From: Betaproteobacteria bacterium
Lineage (GTDB): Bacteria; Pseudomonadota; Gammaproteobacteria; Burkholderiales; SG8-39
Assembly: GCA_027317055.1 (NCBI GenBank)
Contig: DAHVFK010000002.1
Coordinates: forward strand, 1 to 35,462
Length of the DNA: 35,462 nucleotides
Direction: 5' to 3'
The translations under genes were made by a program, and so were the position numbers. Shown in pieces: positions 20,468 to 31,499 of the stretch (position 1 is its first letter; each line of letters opens with the position of its first letter). The notes below the pieces were generated by a model. It was not told the origin of the DNA. It saw only the letters and a list, made by a program, of their open reading frames with translations, and made no database searches.

Positions 20468-20779
20468 ATGCAAAGCCAACGCATCCGCATCCGTCTCAAG
20501 GCATACGACTATCGCTTGATCGATCAGTCGGCGCTGGAGATCGTCGACACGGCGAAACGCACGGGCGCGGTTGTGCGCGGCCCGGTGCCGCTACCGACGC
20601 GCAGGCAGCGATTCGATCTTCTTCGTTCGCCTCACGTTAACAAGACGTCGCGCGAACAGCTCGAGATCCGTACTCACCTGCGATTGATGGACATCATCGA
20701 TCCGACCGACAAGACCGTGGACGCGCTTATGAAGCTCGACCTCCCTGCCGGAGTCGACGTAGAAATCAAGGTGCAGTAA
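20468..20779 (+). CDS. rpsJ: 30S ribosomal protein S10
   Basis: [34 protein letters not shown]...[21 protein letters not shown] 20468 is only 5 nt after the tuf stop. The track ORF from 20042 is an upstream in-frame extension that overlaps tuf in a different reading frame. Confidence 0.98.
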   Translation: MQSQRIRIRLKAYDYRLIDQSALEIVDTAKRTGAVVRGPVPLPTRRQRFDLLRSPHVNKTSREQLEIRTHLRLMDIIDPTDKTVDALMKLDLPAGVDVEIKVQ

Positions 20780-20911
20780 CAAAGAAGCAGAAGGGAAATT
20801 TTTTGCTCCGGCTCTCTTATTCGCCGGAGCGCTGGATTCCCGGGCAACCGGGTGGATGATTGACAGTAAGGTCGGCCAATTGCAGCCGGCGCCTCAAGAG
20901 AGGTTAACAAA

Positions 20912-21550
20912 ATGACTATTGGACTCGTCGGCCGCAAGGTCGGCATGACGCGCATCTTTACCGAGGACGGCGACACGCTTCCGGTAACGGTGCTCGACGT
21001 GTCCGACAACCGGATCACGCAGATCAAGACGCTCGACAGCGACGGTTATGCTGCCGTGCAGGTTGCGTTCGGCAAGCGCCGCGCCAGTCGTATCGTCAAA
21101 CCGCTCGCCGGGCATCTCGCCAAGGCCGCGGTGGAAGCGGGTCACGCCCTCAGGGAATTCCGCGCCAAACCCGAAGAGCTTGCCGATCTCAAGGTCGGCG
21201 CCAAGCTCGGCGTCGAGCTATTCAAGGTAGGGCAGAAAGTGGACGTGACCGGAATCACGATTGGCAAAGGGTTCGCAGGCGTGATCAAGCGCCATCACTT
21301 CTCGTCGAACCGCGCGTCGCATGGCAACTCGGTTTCGCACAACAAGCCGGGCTCCACGGGGCAGAACCAGGATCCTGGACGCGTATTCCCCGGCAAGCGC
21401 ATGGCCGGCCACCTCGGCGATGTTCGGCGCACGGTGCAGAACCTTGTCGTAGTGCGCGTCGACGCGGAGCGCCAGCTGCTGCTCGTAAGGGGAGCAGTTC
21501 CCGGCTCCCGCGGTCGCGACGTAATCGTGCGACCCACGGCCAAGGGTTAG
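20912..21550 (+). CDS. rplC: 50S ribosomal protein L3
   Basis: [20 protein letters not shown]...[19 protein letters not shown]. Confidence 0.98.
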   Translation: MTIGLVGRKVGMTRIFTEDGDTLPVTVLDVSDNRITQIKTLDSDGYAAVQVAFGKRRASRIVKPLAGHLAKAAVEAGHALREFRAKPEELADLKVGAKLGVELFKVGQKVDVTGITIGKGFAGVIKRHHFSSNRASHGNSVSHNKPGSTGQNQDPGRVFPGKRMAGHLGDVRRTVQNLVVVRVDAERQLLLVRGAVPGSRGRDVIVRPTAKG

Positions 21551-21558
21551 GAGGCGCC

Positions 21559-22176
21559 ATGGAACTCAAGATGGTTAATGACAAAGGCGCCGCGGGTACC
21601 TTCAATGCGCCCGATGCGCTGTTCGGGCGCGACTTCAACGAGGACCTGGTGCACCAGGTCGTCGTGGCCTACCAGGCGAATGCCAGGCTCGGGACACGCA
21701 AGCAGAAAGAGCGCAGCGAGGTGGCCAAGTCGACGCGCAAGCCTTGGCGGCAAAAGGGCACTGGCCGCGCGCGCGCGGGTATGGCATCGAGTCCGCTGTG
21801 GCGCGGCGGCGGCAAGATCTTCGCCGCCAGTCCCGACGAGAACTTCTCGCACAAGGTCAACCGCAAGATGTACCGCGCAGGAATGGCGTCCATCCTGTCG
21901 CAGCTTGCGCGCGAGGATCGGATCCGCGTCGTGGACGACTTCAAGCTGGATGCGCCGAAAACGAAGCTTCTGGCGCAAAAGGTGAAGTCGATGGGTTTCA
22001 CCGTCTTGCTGCTGATCACCGACGAGGTCGACCAGAATCTGCTCCTGTCTTCGCGCAACCTGCAGAACGTCATGGTGGTCGCGGCGCGGCATGCGAATCC
22101 CGAGGCGCTGGTGCGCTTTCCGAATGTGCTGCTGACCAAGAAGGCGGTGCAGAAGCTTGAGGAGATGCTGAAATGA
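21559..22176 (+). CDS. rplD: 50S ribosomal protein L4
   Basis: [21 protein letters not shown]...[14 protein letters not shown]...SPLWRGGG. Confidence 0.98.
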   Translation: MELKMVNDKGAAGTFNAPDALFGRDFNEDLVHQVVVAYQANARLGTRKQKERSEVAKSTRKPWRQKGTGRARAGMASSPLWRGGGKIFAASPDENFSHKVNRKMYRAGMASILSQLAREDRIRVVDDFKLDAPKTKLLAQKVKSMGFTVLLLITDEVDQNLLLSSRNLQNVMVVAARHANPEALVRFPNVLLTKKAVQKLEEMLK

Positions 22177-22487
22177 CGGCGACCAAGAAATACAGCGCCG
22201 ATCGGCTGATGAAGGTCGTTCTGGCGCCGATAGTGTCGGAAAAGAGCACGATGCTGGCAGAGCGCAACAGGCAGTACGTGTTTCGCGTTGCCGACAATGC
22301 GAGTAAGCCGGAGATCAAGGCCGCAGTCGAGCTCCTGTTCAAGACCACGGTCGACTCGGTGATGGTGTCCAACGTGAAAGGCAAAGCCAAGCGCTTCGGT
22401 CGCTTCAACGGCCGCCGGCGCAACTGGAAGAAAGCCTTCGTCTGCCTCGCGCCGGGGCAGGAAATAAATTTCACGGCGACGGAGTAA
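22173..22487 (+). CDS. rplW: 50S ribosomal protein L23
   Basis: [44 protein letters not shown] overlap with rplD. Confidence 0.97.
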   Translation: MTATKKYSADRLMKVVLAPIVSEKSTMLAERNRQYVFRVADNASKPEIKAAVELLFKTTVDSVMVSNVKGKAKRFGRFNGRRRNWKKAFVCLAPGQEINFTATE

Positions 22488-22490
22488 GCG

Positions 22491-23318
22491 ATGCCACTGG
22501 TCAAAGTCAAACCCACCTCGCCGGGGCGCCGCGCGCTGGTGAAGGTTATCAACCCCAATCTTCACAAGGGGGCACCATACGCGCCATTGCTCACCAAGCA
22601 ATTGAAAACCAACGGCCGCAACAACGCCGGGCGCATCACGATGCGGCACAAGGGCGGCGGCCACAAGCAGCATTACCGGTTGGTCGATTTCAAGCGCGAC
22701 AAGGACGGCATCCCGGCGAAGGTCGAGCGGCTCGAGTACGATCCGAACCGGAGCGCGAACCTGGCGCTGCTGCTCTACGTTGACGGTGAGCGCCGCTATG
22801 TCATTGCGCCGAAGGGCTTGACGCCAGGCGTGCAGCTTCTGTCAGGTGTCGAGGCACCGATCAAGCCGGGCAATGCGCTTCCGTTACGCAACATTCCGGT
22901 CGGGACCACGGTGCATTGCATAGAAATGCTGCCCGGCAAGGGTGCGCAGCTTGCGCGCTCCGCGGGCGCGAGCGCGCAACTGCTTGCGCGCGAGGGTTCC
23001 TATGCACAACTGCGTCTCCGATCGGGCGAAATCCGCAAGGTGCATGTCGACTGCCGAGCGACGATCGGAGAGGTTGGCAACGAGGAACACAACCTCGAGT
23101 CGGTCGGCAAGGCGGGCCGCATGCGTTGGCGCGGCGTAAGGCCGACAGTGCGCGGCGTGGCAATGAATCCGATCGATCATCCGCACGGCGGCGGTGAAGG
23201 CCGTACCTCGGCGGGGCGCTCTCCTGTATCTCCGTGGGGTGTGCAGACCAAAGGTTACAAGACCCGAAGCAACAAGCGGACGCAGAACATGATCGTTCGC
23301 GACCGGCGCCGGGCATAA
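22491..23318 (+). CDS. rplB: 50S ribosomal protein L2
   Basis: [14 protein letters not shown]...[22 protein letters not shown]...[14 protein letters not shown]. Confidence 0.99.
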   Translation: MPLVKVKPTSPGRRALVKVINPNLHKGAPYAPLLTKQLKTNGRNNAGRITMRHKGGGHKQHYRLVDFKRDKDGIPAKVERLEYDPNRSANLALLLYVDGERRYVIAPKGLTPGVQLLSGVEAPIKPGNALPLRNIPVGTTVHCIEMLPGKGAQLARSAGASAQLLAREGSYAQLRLRSGEIRKVHVDCRATIGEVGNEEHNLESVGKAGRMRWRGVRPTVRGVAMNPIDHPHGGGEGRTSAGRSPVSPWGVQTKGYKTRSNKRTQNMIVRDRRRA

Positions 23319-23336
23319 CGCAGGGCGAGACTGAAT

Positions 23337-23666
23337 ATGGCGCGTTCAATCAAGAAGGGTCCCTTTGTGGACCTGCATCTCATCAAGAAGGTCGATGCCG
23401 TGCGCGGTACGAGCGACAAGCGGCCGATAAAGACCTGGTCGCGGCGCTCGACGATCGTGCCGGATTTCGTCGGCCTGACGATCGCCGTGCACAACGGAAA
23501 GCAACATATTCCGGTCTACATCACGGAGAACATGGTCGGGCACAAGCTGGGCGAATTTGCGCTGACGCGGCAGTTCAAGGGCCATTCCGCGGACCGGAAG
23601 ACTAGCGGCACGCCAACCGGAGCGCCCGCGCCCGCCGCCGCGGCGTCGGCCGGTGGCAAGAAGTAG
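23337..23666 (+). CDS. rpsS: 30S ribosomal protein S19, with a Pro/Ala-rich C-terminal extension of about 19 aa
   Basis: [19 protein letters not shown]...[43 protein letters not shown], then [21 protein letters not shown]. Confidence 0.97.
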   Translation: MARSIKKGPFVDLHLIKKVDAVRGTSDKRPIKTWSRRSTIVPDFVGLTIAVHNGKQHIPVYITENMVGHKLGEFALTRQFKGHSADRKTSGTPTGAPAPAAAASAGGKK

Positions 23667-23676
23667 GGGGCCCGAT

Positions 23677-24006
23677 ATGGAGACTCGAGCGATACTTCGT
23701 GGAGCACATATGTCTGCCCAGAAGGGGCGGCTGGTGGCGGATCTGATCCGTGGCAAGCCCGTCGACCGGGCACTCAATATTCTCGCGCTCACACCCAAGA
23801 AGGGCGCTGCGATCCTGAAGAAGGTGCTGGAATCAGCGATCGCCAATGCCGAGCACAACGACGGCGCCGATATCGACGTGCTGAAGGTAAAGACCATCCA
23901 CGTCGAGCGTGGCGCCTTCCTCAAACGCTTCCACGCGCGCGCGAAGGGACGAGGCAACAGGGTGCTCAAGCATACCTGTCACATCTACATCACAGTCGGC
24001 GACTGA
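23677..24006 (+). CDS. rplV: 50S ribosomal protein L22
   Basis: [36 protein letters not shown]...[23 protein letters not shown] 23677 is preferred over track start 23653, which overlaps rpsS. Confidence 0.97.
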   Translation: METRAILRGAHMSAQKGRLVADLIRGKPVDRALNILALTPKKGAAILKKVLESAIANAEHNDGADIDVLKVKTIHVERGAFLKRFHARAKGRGNRVLKHTCHIYITVGD

Positions 24007-24016
24007 GAGAGAAATC

Positions 24017-24928
24017 ATGGGACAGAAGATCAATCCGATCGGCTTCCGGCTGGCGGTCAACAAGAACTGGAGCTCGCGCTGGTACGCCAGCACGCGCGCT
24101 TTCGCTGGTATGTTGGCCGACGACATCAAGGTGCGCGCATTTCTGAAGAAGAAGCTCGCGCACGCCTCGGTGGGACGCGTGGTGATCGAGCGGCCCGCAA
24201 AGGACGCGCGAATCACCATTTACTCCGCCAGGCCAGGTGTCGTGATCGGCAAGAAGGGCGAGGAGATCGAGTCCCTCAAGGGCGAGCTGCGCAGGCTGAT
24301 GGGCGTGCAGCAGGTTCACGTCAATATCGAGGAGATCCGCAAGCCCGAGATCGACGCTCAACTTATCGCGGACTCGATCGCGCAGCAGCTGGAGAAGCGC
24401 ATCATGTTCCGGCGCGCCATGAAGCGCGCGATGCAGAACGCGATGCGCCTCGGCGCACAGGGCATCAAGATCATGAGCGCCGGCCGGCTGAACGGCATAG
24501 AAATCGCGCGCACGGAATGGTATCGCGAGGGGCGCGTTCCACTGCATACGCTACGCGCCGACATCGACTACGGATTCGGCGAGGCCAAGACTACCTACGG
24601 CGTCATCGGCATCAAGGTATGGGTGTACAAGGGCGAGGTGATGCCCAAGAGCGAGGCCCAGGCCGCGCTACCGTCGGCGACCCCGGCGTCGCCCGAAGAG
24701 CCGGCAGCGCCCAAGCGCGCGAAGAAACCGGTTCCGCGGCCGGCCGGGCGCAGGGCGGTGGCCAAGACCGCTCCCGAGGGCGAGACGAAAAAGCCCGCGC
24801 GACCCCGCGCGGCAAGGAAGGACGAAGGCGCACGCGCATCCAAACCGAAGACGACGGTCAAGCGCACGCGTAAGCCGGCGGCCAAGGAAAGTGACGCGGC
24901 TGCGGGCGACGAGGGCAAGAAGGAGTAA
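24017..24928 (+). CDS. rpsC: 30S ribosomal protein S3 with a long Lys/Ala/Pro-rich C-terminal tail (303 aa in total)
   Basis: [24 protein letters not shown]...[31 protein letters not shown], then a tail of about 95 aa from 24641. ATG 24017 with an upstream GAGAGA. The track ORF from 23909 overlaps rplV. Confidence 0.97.
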   Translation: MGQKINPIGFRLAVNKNWSSRWYASTRAFAGMLADDIKVRAFLKKKLAHASVGRVVIERPAKDARITIYSARPGVVIGKKGEEIESLKGELRRLMGVQQVHVNIEEIRKPEIDAQLIADSIAQQLEKRIMFRRAMKRAMQNAMRLGAQGIKIMSAGRLNGIEIARTEWYREGRVPLHTLRADIDYGFGEAKTTYGVIGIKVWVYKGEVMPKSEAQAALPSATPASPEEPAAPKRAKKPVPRPAGRRAVAKTAPEGETKKPARPRAARKDEGARASKPKTTVKRTRKPAAKESDAAAGDEGKKE

Positions 24929-24931
24929 GCG

Positions 24932-25345
24932 ATGCTTCAGCCAGCACGTACGAAATACCGAAAGCAGCAGAAGGGCCGCAACAAGGGTGTCGCAACCCGC
25001 GGAGCGAAGGTGTCCTTCGGCGAATACGGCCTGAAAGCCCTGACTAGGGGGCGAATCACGGCGCGCCAGATCGAGGCGGCGCGGCGCGCGATGTCGCGCC
25101 ACATCAAGCGAGGCGGTCGTATCTGGATCCGCATTTTCCCGGACAAGCCGATCTCGCAGAAGCCTGCGGAGGTGCGCATGGGAAACGGCAAGGGCAATCC
25201 GGAGTATTTCGTCGCCGAGATCCAGCCTGGCAAGATTCTTTACGAGATGGACGGCGTCACCGAGCCGCTCGCGCGGCAGGCCTTCGCGCTCGCTGCGGCG
25301 AAGCTGCCGTTCAAGACCGCGGTGGTGCACCGCATGCTGGGGTAA
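24932..25345 (+). CDS. rplP: 50S ribosomal protein L16
   Basis: [19 protein letters not shown]...[33 protein letters not shown]. Confidence 0.98.
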   Translation: MLQPARTKYRKQQKGRNKGVATRGAKVSFGEYGLKALTRGRITARQIEAARRAMSRHIKRGGRIWIRIFPDKPISQKPAEVRMGNGKGNPEYFVAEIQPGKILYEMDGVTEPLARQAFALAAAKLPFKTAVVHRMLG

Positions 25346-25348
25346 GCC

Positions 25349-25540
25349 ATGAAGACTAGCGAACTACGCGCCAAGAGCGGCGAAGACCTGCAGAAGGAGC
25401 TGAGCGAGCTTCTCAGGGCTCAATTCAGCCTGCGCATGCAGGTCGCAACGCAGCAACTCACCAATACCAGCCAAATGAAGAAGGTGCGCCGCGACATTGC
25501 GCGCACACGCACCTTGCTGAGAGAGAAGGCCGCCAAATGA
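25349..25540 (+). CDS. rpmC: 50S ribosomal protein L29
   Basis: [37 protein letters not shown]. 63 aa. Confidence 0.96.
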   Translation: MKTSELRAKSGEDLQKELSELLRAQFSLRMQVATQQLTNTSQMKKVRRDIARTRTLLREKAAK

Positions 25541-25821
25541 ACGAGCAAACCCCCGCGCAAGCCGTGGAGAAGAACACGCGTACTCTGACCGGGCGCGTCG
25601 TGAGCGACAAGATGCAAAAGACGGTCACCGTATTAGTCGAGCGCCGCGTGAAGCATCCGATGATCGGCAAGACGATGACGCGCTCGAAGAAGTACCATGT
25701 GCACGTGGATTCGGGCGAAATCAAGCTCGGCGATCTGGTCGAAATTGCCGAATGCCGGCCACTTTCCAAGACTAAGTCCTGGACAGTTACCCGGCTGCTC
25801 GAGAAGTCGAAGGAAGTTTGA
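25537..25821 (+). CDS. rpsQ: 30S ribosomal protein S17
   Basis: [31 protein letters not shown]...KYHVHVD...[13 protein letters not shown] overlap with rpmC. Confidence 0.97.
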   Translation: MNEQTPAQAVEKNTRTLTGRVVSDKMQKTVTVLVERRVKHPMIGKTMTRSKKYHVHVDSGEIKLGDLVEIAECRPLSKTKSWTVTRLLEKSKEV

Positions 25822-25831
25822 GCGGGACTTC

Positions 25832-25859
25832 TTGCTTCAACAAGCGGAATTGGTATAAA
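25832..25859 (+). promoter_or_regulatory. Candidate internal (spc-type) sigma70 promoter upstream of rplN
   Basis: TTGCTT (25832-25837), 16-nt spacer ending in TGg (extended -10), TATAAA (25854-25859). Lies in a 161-nt rpsQ-rplN gap, the same position as the E. coli spc promoter. Confidence 0.5.
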
Positions 25860-25982
25860 ATCATCAGTCTTTTAGCCTCCCGGCCTCTCTCGGTGGGGCG
25901 TACGTAGGCCCGGACGGGATCCAAGACTGGCTGCAACGCCGCCGAGGCGGCGGGGCAGAGGAAGTTGGATGGAGAACAAGCA

Positions 25983-26351
25983 ATGATTCAGATGCAGTCC
26001 ATTTTGGACGTCGCCGACAATACCGGTGCACGTGCGGTCATGTGCATTAAGGTACTTGGCGGCTCCAAGCGTCGCTACGCCAGCATCGGGGACGTCATCA
26101 AGGTAAGCGTGAAAGACGCTGCGCCGCGCGGGCGGGTCAAGAAGGGTGAGATCTACCACGCGGTGGTGGTTCGCACCGCGAAGGGGGTGCGTCGCGCAGA
26201 CGGTTCGCTGATCCGGTTCGACTCCAATGCTGCGGTGCTGCTGACAGCGAAATTCGAGCCAATCGGCACGCGTATCTTCGGCCCCGTGACGCGAGAGCTG
26301 CGCACGGAACGCTTCATGAAGATCGTTTCGCTCGCACCCGAAGTTCTGTAA
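25983..26351 (+). CDS. rplN: 50S ribosomal protein L14
   Basis: [46 protein letters not shown] at 25971-25975. The track start at 25965 is 6 codons upstream. Confidence 0.98.
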   Translation: MIQMQSILDVADNTGARAVMCIKVLGGSKRRYASIGDVIKVSVKDAAPRGRVKKGEIYHAVVVRTAKGVRRADGSLIRFDSNAAVLLTAKFEPIGTRIFGPVTRELRTERFMKIVSLAPEVL

Positions 26352-26374
26352 CCGGGCGCCGGAAGGGGTTCGTC

Positions 26375-26692
26375 ATGCAAAGAATCAGGAAAGGCGATGA
26401 AATTATCGTCATCGCCGGTCGCGACAAGGGCAAGCGCGGCACGGTTTTGCGTCGCGTGGACGACGAACATGTCGTCGTGGAAGGCGTGAATCGCGTCAAG
26501 AAACACCAGCGCCCCAACCCGATGAAGGGCGTTACGGGAGGCATAGTCGACAAGGACATGCCCATTGACGTTTCGAATGTCGCACTCTTTAATCCCGGCA
26601 CGAAGAAGGGGGACCGCGTGGGATTCAAGATTCTCGGAGACGGGCGAAAGGTGCGAGTGTTCAAGTCGAACGGCGAACAGGTCGACGCGTAA
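26375..26692 (+). CDS. rplX: 50S ribosomal protein L24
   Basis: [28 protein letters not shown]...[10 protein letters not shown] (KOW motif). Confidence 0.97.
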   Translation: MQRIRKGDEIIVIAGRDKGKRGTVLRRVDDEHVVVEGVNRVKKHQRPNPMKGVTGGIVDKDMPIDVSNVALFNPGTKKGDRVGFKILGDGRKVRVFKSNGEQVDA

Positions 26693-26702
26693 GGTCAGCG
26701 AT

Positions 26703-27293
26703 ATGGCGAAAGCATCAGCTCAACAGAAGGAAAAAGCGACGACGCCGATCCCGCCCTCGCGCCTGCATTTGTTCTACCGTGACAAGGTGGTTCCCGAACT
26801 GACCGGCAAGTTCGGGTACAAATCCGTGATGCAGGTTCCCCGGATCGAAAAGATCACGCTCAACATGGGCGTCGGGGAGAGCACAGGCGACAAGAAGGTG
26901 CTCGACAATGCGGTCGCCGACATGACGAAGATCGCCGGCCAGAAGCCCGTCGTCACCAAGGCGCGCAAGTCGATCGCCACATTCAAGGTCCGGGCGGGCT
27001 ACCCCATCGGATGCATGGTGACGCTGCGCGGCGCGCGGATGTACGAGTTTCTCGATCGCCTCGTGAACATCGCGATTCCGCGGATTCGCGACTTTCGCGG
27101 TATTTCGGGGCGTGCTTTCGACGGTCGCGGCAACTACAGCCTAGGCATCAAAGAGCAGATCATCTTTCCGGAGATCGAGTACGACAAGGTCGACGCGCTG
27201 CGTGGCATGAACATCAGCATTACCACTTCCGCGAAGACGGATGAAGAGGCGCGCGCATTGCTCGCCGCTTTCCGCTTCCCGTTCAGAAACTGA
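26703..27293 (+). CDS. rplE: 50S ribosomal protein L5 (N-terminal extension of about 17 aa)
   Basis: [42 protein letters not shown] 26703 is 10 nt after the rplX stop. The track ORF from 26565 overlaps rplX. Confidence 0.96.
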   Translation: MAKASAQQKEKATTPIPPSRLHLFYRDKVVPELTGKFGYKSVMQVPRIEKITLNMGVGESTGDKKVLDNAVADMTKIAGQKPVVTKARKSIATFKVRAGYPIGCMVTLRGARMYEFLDRLVNIAIPRIRDFRGISGRAFDGRGNYSLGIKEQIIFPEIEYDKVDALRGMNISITTSAKTDEEARALLAAFRFPFRN

Positions 27294-27302
27294 GGTATAC
27301 GC

Positions 27303-27608
27303 ATGGCCAAGCTTGCTCTCAAGAACCGCGACCAGAAGCGCCGCAAAACGGTCGCGAAATTCAAGGCGAAACGCGATGCGGTGCTCGCGGTGCTGTGGAG
27401 CACCAGTAGCTCCGACGAAGACAAGGACGCGGCGCGGGTGCAGCTCCAGAAGCTGCCACGAGACGCTTCGCCCACCCGTCTGCGCAACCGATGCTCGCTC
27501 ACCGGTCGGCCGCGCGGCGTGTATCGGAAATTCGGCCTCGGGCGCAACAAGCTGCGCGATTTGGCCATGCGCGGCGAAGTTCCCGGCGTCATCAAGGCCA
27601 GCTGGTAA
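27303..27608 (+). CDS. rpsN: 30S ribosomal protein S14 (long, zinc-independent form)
   Basis: [24 protein letters not shown]...[41 protein letters not shown]. Confidence 0.97.
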   Translation: MAKLALKNRDQKRRKTVAKFKAKRDAVLAVLWSTSSSDEDKDAARVQLQKLPRDASPTRLRNRCSLTGRPRGVYRKFGLGRNKLRDLAMRGEVPGVIKASW

Positions 27609-27620
27609 GGAGCACAGAGT

Positions 27621-28016
27621 ATGAGCATGAGCGACCCCATCGCGGACATGCTGACGCGCATCCGCAATGCGCAGCTGATCGGGCACACGGAAGTCCTGAT
27701 GCCCTCCTCCAAGCTCAAGGCGTCGATCGCCCAGGTGCTTAAGGACGAGGGATATGTGGAGGACTTCGGGGTGCGCGAGCGCGACGGCAAGTCTGAACTC
27801 GCAATCAGCCTCAAGTACTACGCCGGCCGGCCGGTGATCGAACGCATCGAGCGCGTCTCGAAGCCGGGCTTGCGCGTGTACAAGGGGCGCAATGACCTGC
27901 CGAAGGTCATGAACGGGCTCGGCGTGGCGATTCTCTCGACTTCGCACGGAGTGATGACCGACCGCAAAGCGCGCGCCACGGGTGTGGGTGGCGAAGTGCT
28001 TTGCATCGTGGCGTAA
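27621..28016 (+). CDS. rpsH: 30S ribosomal protein S8
   Basis: [18 protein letters not shown]...[31 protein letters not shown]. Confidence 0.98.
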   Translation: MSMSDPIADMLTRIRNAQLIGHTEVLMPSSKLKASIAQVLKDEGYVEDFGVRERDGKSELAISLKYYAGRPVIERIERVSKPGLRVYKGRNDLPKVMNGLGVAILSTSHGVMTDRKARATGVGGEVLCIVA

Positions 28017-28026
28017 GGAGCTGGAC

Positions 28027-28560
28027 ATGTCTCGCGTCGGCAGCTTTCCCATCCCGGTTCCGAAAGGCGTCGAGGTGAACGTCGTCTCGGGCCAGATATC
28101 CGTCAAGGGCCCGCTCGGCATCATTTCCCGAACGGCCGATCCGAACGTCGCTGTGGAAAGAAACGGTGAGAATCTGATGTGTAAGGCGCTCGGCAATTCA
28201 CGCCAAGCCGACATCATGTCGGGAACGATGCGTGCGCTGATTGCCAACATGGTGACCGGCGTGAGCAAAGGATTCGAGAAACGGCTTGCGCTCGTTGGCG
28301 TCGGCTACCGAGCTCAGGCGCAAGGCGACAAGCTGAACCTGACGCTCGGCTTTTCCCATCCTGTCGTTCACCAGATGCCGAAAGGTGTGAAGGTAGCGAC
28401 GCCGACGCAGACCGAAATCGTAATAACGGGAATCGACAAACAACAGGTTGGCCAGGTTGCCGCCGAGGTGCGCGGTTACCGCGCACCGGAGCCGTACAAG
28501 GGCAAGGGCGTGCGCTATGCCGACGAGATCGTCATCTTGAAAGAGACGAAGAAGAAGTAA
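28027..28560 (+). CDS. rplF: 50S ribosomal protein L6
   Basis: [17 protein letters not shown]...[25 protein letters not shown]...[11 protein letters not shown]. Confidence 0.97.
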   Translation: MSRVGSFPIPVPKGVEVNVVSGQISVKGPLGIISRTADPNVAVERNGENLMCKALGNSRQADIMSGTMRALIANMVTGVSKGFEKRLALVGVGYRAQAQGDKLNLTLGFSHPVVHQMPKGVKVATPTQTEIVITGIDKQQVGQVAAEVRGYRAPEPYKGKGVRYADEIVILKETKKK

Positions 28561-28572
28561 CGGGACGAGGCC

Positions 28573-28929
28573 ATGTTCGACAAGAATCCTTCGCGGCTTC
28601 GCCGCGCGCGACAAACCAGACTTAAGATTCGGGAGCTCGGCGCAGTGCGTCTGACCGTGCACCGCACGAATTGCCATATCTATGCGCAGATCACGTCCGC
28701 CTCGGGTGACAAGGTGATCGCCACCGCGTCCAGCGTCGAGAAGGAAGTGCGCGCGAAACTCAAACACGGCGGCAATGTCAAGGCAGCAGAAGTCATCGGG
28801 CAGCGCATTGCCGAGAGGGCGAAGCAGGCAGGCGTCGAAACGGTCGCGTTCGATCGTTCCGGCTACAAGTACCACGGACGCGTCAAGGCACTCGCTGATG
28901 CCGCACGGGCCGGCGGGCTGAAGTTCTAA
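28573..28929 (+). CDS. rplR: 50S ribosomal protein L18
   Basis: [33 protein letters not shown]...[26 protein letters not shown]. Confidence 0.97.
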   Translation: MFDKNPSRLRRARQTRLKIRELGAVRLTVHRTNCHIYAQITSASGDKVIATASSVEKEVRAKLKHGGNVKAAEVIGQRIAERAKQAGVETVAFDRSGYKYHGRVKALADAARAGGLKF

Positions 28930-28943
28930 GGGGCACGAACCTC

Positions 28944-29465
28944 ATGGCAAAAATTCAACCGAGAATGCAGACCTCGGACGATCGTTCCGACGGGTTGCGC
29001 GAGAAAATGGTCGCGGTTAACCGCGTCACCAAAGTGGTGAAAGGCGGCCGCGTGCTCGGCTTTGCCGCGTTGACGGTAGTCGGCGACGGGGACGGCGGGA
29101 TCGGAATGGGCAAGGGCAAGGCACGCGAAGTTCCAGTCGCGGTCCAGAAGGCGATGGAAGAGGCTCGCAGGCGCCTGTTCAAGGTCAAGCTTAAGCACGG
29201 CACGCTCCAGCACTCGGTAATAGGACGCCACGGCGCGGCGAAAGTGCTGATGCAGCCGGCGTCCGAAGGCACGGGAATCATTGCCGGTGGCCCCATGCGC
29301 GCGGTATTTGAGGTCATGGGCGTCACCAACATCCTGGCCAAGTGCTTCGGCTCGACCAACCCGTATAACGTGGTGCGTGCCACGCTCAATGGCTTGCAGG
29401 CGATGAACACGCCGTCGGAGATCGCAGCCAAGCGCGGCAAGAAGATCGAGGAAATCCTCTCCTGA
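28944..29465 (+). CDS. rpsE: 30S ribosomal protein S5
   Basis: [53 protein letters not shown]. Confidence 0.98.
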   Translation: MAKIQPRMQTSDDRSDGLREKMVAVNRVTKVVKGGRVLGFAALTVVGDGDGGIGMGKGKAREVPVAVQKAMEEARRRLFKVKLKHGTLQHSVIGRHGAAKVLMQPASEGTGIIAGGPMRAVFEVMGVTNILAKCFGSTNPYNVVRATLNGLQAMNTPSEIAAKRGKKIEEILS

Positions 29466-29473
29466 GGCGGGAC

Positions 29474-29656
29474 ATGGCTGACAAGAAGATCAAGGTGAAG
29501 CTGATCAAGGGGCTTGCCGGCTGCAAGGAAAGCCATCGGGCGACCGTGCGCGGGCTTGGACTGCGGCGCCTAAATCATATGGTCGAGCTGACGGATACAC
29601 CCGCGGTGCGGGGAATGATCAACAAGGTCTACTACCTGGTGCAGGTGGTGGCGTAG
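29474..29656 (+). CDS. rpmD: 50S ribosomal protein L30
   Basis: [47 protein letters not shown]. 60 aa. Confidence 0.96.
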   Translation: MADKKIKVKLIKGLAGCKESHRATVRGLGLRRLNHMVELTDTPAVRGMINKVYYLVQVVA

Positions 29657-29671
29657 GAAACAGAGGTAGTC

Positions 29672-30133
29672 ATGCGACTTAACGACATCAAACCGGCGCC
29701 TGGCGCGAAGAGTTCGCGTCGCCGAGTCGGTCGTGGCATCGGCTCGGGGCTGGGCAAGACCGCGGGTCGCGGACACAAGGGCCAGAAGGCGCGCTCGGGC
29801 GGGTATCACAAGATTGGGTTCGAGGGCGGCCAAATGCCGCTGCACCGGAGGCTGCCGAAGCGCGGCTTCACTTCCCTGACGCGCGACACGACGGCCGAAG
29901 TGCGTCTTTCGGAGCTCGAACGGATGAGCGCGAGCGAGATCGATCTGGCCGCACTCAAGGCCGAGGGCGTCGTGTCGCACCGGGCACAAGCCGCGAAAGT
30001 GATTCTTTCCGGGAAGCTGGCGCGCAAGGTCACGCTCAAAGGCGTGCGGGCGACCAAGGGCGCCCGTGCAGCAATCGAATCTGCGGGCGGCAAAGTCGAG
30101 GACGCACCCGCGCCGGCGCCGGCCGCGGCATAA
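29672..30133 (+). CDS. rplO: 50S ribosomal protein L15
   Basis: [44 protein letters not shown]...[17 protein letters not shown]. Confidence 0.98.
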   Translation: MRLNDIKPAPGAKSSRRRVGRGIGSGLGKTAGRGHKGQKARSGGYHKIGFEGGQMPLHRRLPKRGFTSLTRDTTAEVRLSELERMSASEIDLAALKAEGVVSHRAQAAKVILSGKLARKVTLKGVRATKGARAAIESAGGKVEDAPAPAPAAA

Positions 30134-30153
30134 GGCATTTAGGGACCATTCAC

Positions 30154-31476
30154 TTGGCCACCGCACTCCCGAACGCCGGAAAGACCGGGCGCTACGGCGA
30201 CCTGAAGCGACGCCTGTTCTTCTTGCTGGGCGCGCTCGTCGTGTTCCGCATCGGGGCGCATATCCCGGTGCCGGGGATAGACCCCGGGGTGCTGGCCGAG
30301 CTGTTCCGCGGCCAGCAGGGCGGGATATTGGGCATGTTCAACATGTTTTCCGGCGGTGCGCTGCGCCGCTTCACCATCTTTGCGCTCGGGATCATGCCGT
30401 ATATTTCGGCGTCGATCATTATGCAGCTGATGAGCTCGGTCTCGCCGCAGCTCGAGGCGCTGCGCAAGGAAGGCGAGTCCGGGCGGCGCAAGATCACGCA
30501 ATACACGCGCTACGGCACCGTCTTCCTCGCCCTGTTCCAGGCGACTGGAATCTCGATTGCGCTCGAATCGCAGCCCGGCCTGGTGCTGGATCCGGGGCTG
30601 ATGTTCCGGGTGACCGCCGTTACCACTCTGGTAACCGGCACCATGTTCCTCATGTGGCTCGGTGAACAGATCACGGAGCGCGGGCTCGGCAACGGCATTT
30701 CGATCATCATCTTTGCCGGCATTGCAGCCGGCCTGCCGAACGCTGTGGCCGGAACGCTGGAGCTGGTGCGCACCGGGGCCATGCACCCGCTGACCGCATT
30801 GTTGATCGCCGTGGCGGTGGTGGTGGTGACCGCGTTCGTCTGCTTCGTCGAGCGTGGCCAGCGCAAGATACTGGTCAACTATGCCAAGCGGCAGGTCGGT
30901 AACCGCGTCTACGGCGGACAGAGTTCGCACTTGCCATTCAAGCTCAACATGTCGGGCGTGATTCCGCCGATCTTTGCCAGCTCGCTGATCCTGTTTCCCG
31001 CCACCCTGCTCGGCTGGTTCGGCTCGCAGGAAGGGATGCTCTGGCTGCGCGACATCGCCGGAACGCTTACCCCAGGACAGCCGATCTACGTCATGCTGTA
31101 TGCAGCGCTGATCATCTTCTTCTGTTTCTTCTACACCGCGCTGCAATACAGCCCGAAGGAAACTGCGGACAACCTCAAGAAGTCGGGCGCCTTCGTGCCG
31201 GGCATTCGGCCCGGCGACCAGACCGCGCGCTACCTCGAGCGGATCTTGACCCGCCTCACCCTGGTTGGTGCGCTCTACGTGACGCTGGTCTGCCTGCTGC
31301 CGGAATTCCTGATCCTGAAGTGGAACGTGCCGTTTTACTTCGGCGGAACGTCTCTCCTGATTATCGTTGTCGTCACCATGGACTTCATGGCACAGGTGCA
31401 GGCCTACGTCATGTCACACCAGTACGAAAGCCTGCTGCGCAAGGCAAATTTCAAGGGTGGTCTGCCCGCGCGGTAG
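30154..31476 (+). CDS. secY: Preprotein translocase subunit SecY
   Basis: TTG start. [55 protein letters not shown]. 10 TM-type profile. Confidence 0.97.
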   Translation: MATALPNAGKTGRYGDLKRRLFFLLGALVVFRIGAHIPVPGIDPGVLAELFRGQQGGILGMFNMFSGGALRRFTIFALGIMPYISASIIMQLMSSVSPQLEALRKEGESGRRKITQYTRYGTVFLALFQATGISIALESQPGLVLDPGLMFRVTAVTTLVTGTMFLMWLGEQITERGLGNGISIIIFAGIAAGLPNAVAGTLELVRTGAMHPLTALLIAVAVVVVTAFVCFVERGQRKILVNYAKRQVGNRVYGGQSSHLPFKLNMSGVIPPIFASSLILFPATLLGWFGSQEGMLWLRDIAGTLTPGQPIYVMLYAALIIFFCFFYTALQYSPKETADNLKKSGAFVPGIRPGDQTARYLERILTRLTLVGALYVTLVCLLPEFLILKWNVPFYFGGTSLLIIVVVTMDFMAQVQAYVMSHQYESLLRKANFKGGLPAR

Positions 31477-31499
31477 ACACCAAGGTAAAGGAGCTGGGC

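Noticed and set aside
20805-20830. The 8-bp hairpin in the rpsJ-rplC spacer as an intrinsic terminator
   Set aside because: The T-run lies 5' of the stem on the plus strand, and the minus-strand reading is followed by an A-run. It does not fit a terminator in either orientation, so it is reported only as an unexplained structure.
21669-22673. 334-aa minus-strand ORF antisense to rplD, rplW and rplB
   Set aside because: It is antisense to conserved ribosomal protein genes and crosses their gene boundaries.
30139-31146. 335-aa minus-strand ORF antisense to secY
   Set aside because: The secY frame is unambiguous. The antisense product is charged, low-complexity and shows no TM or domain pattern.
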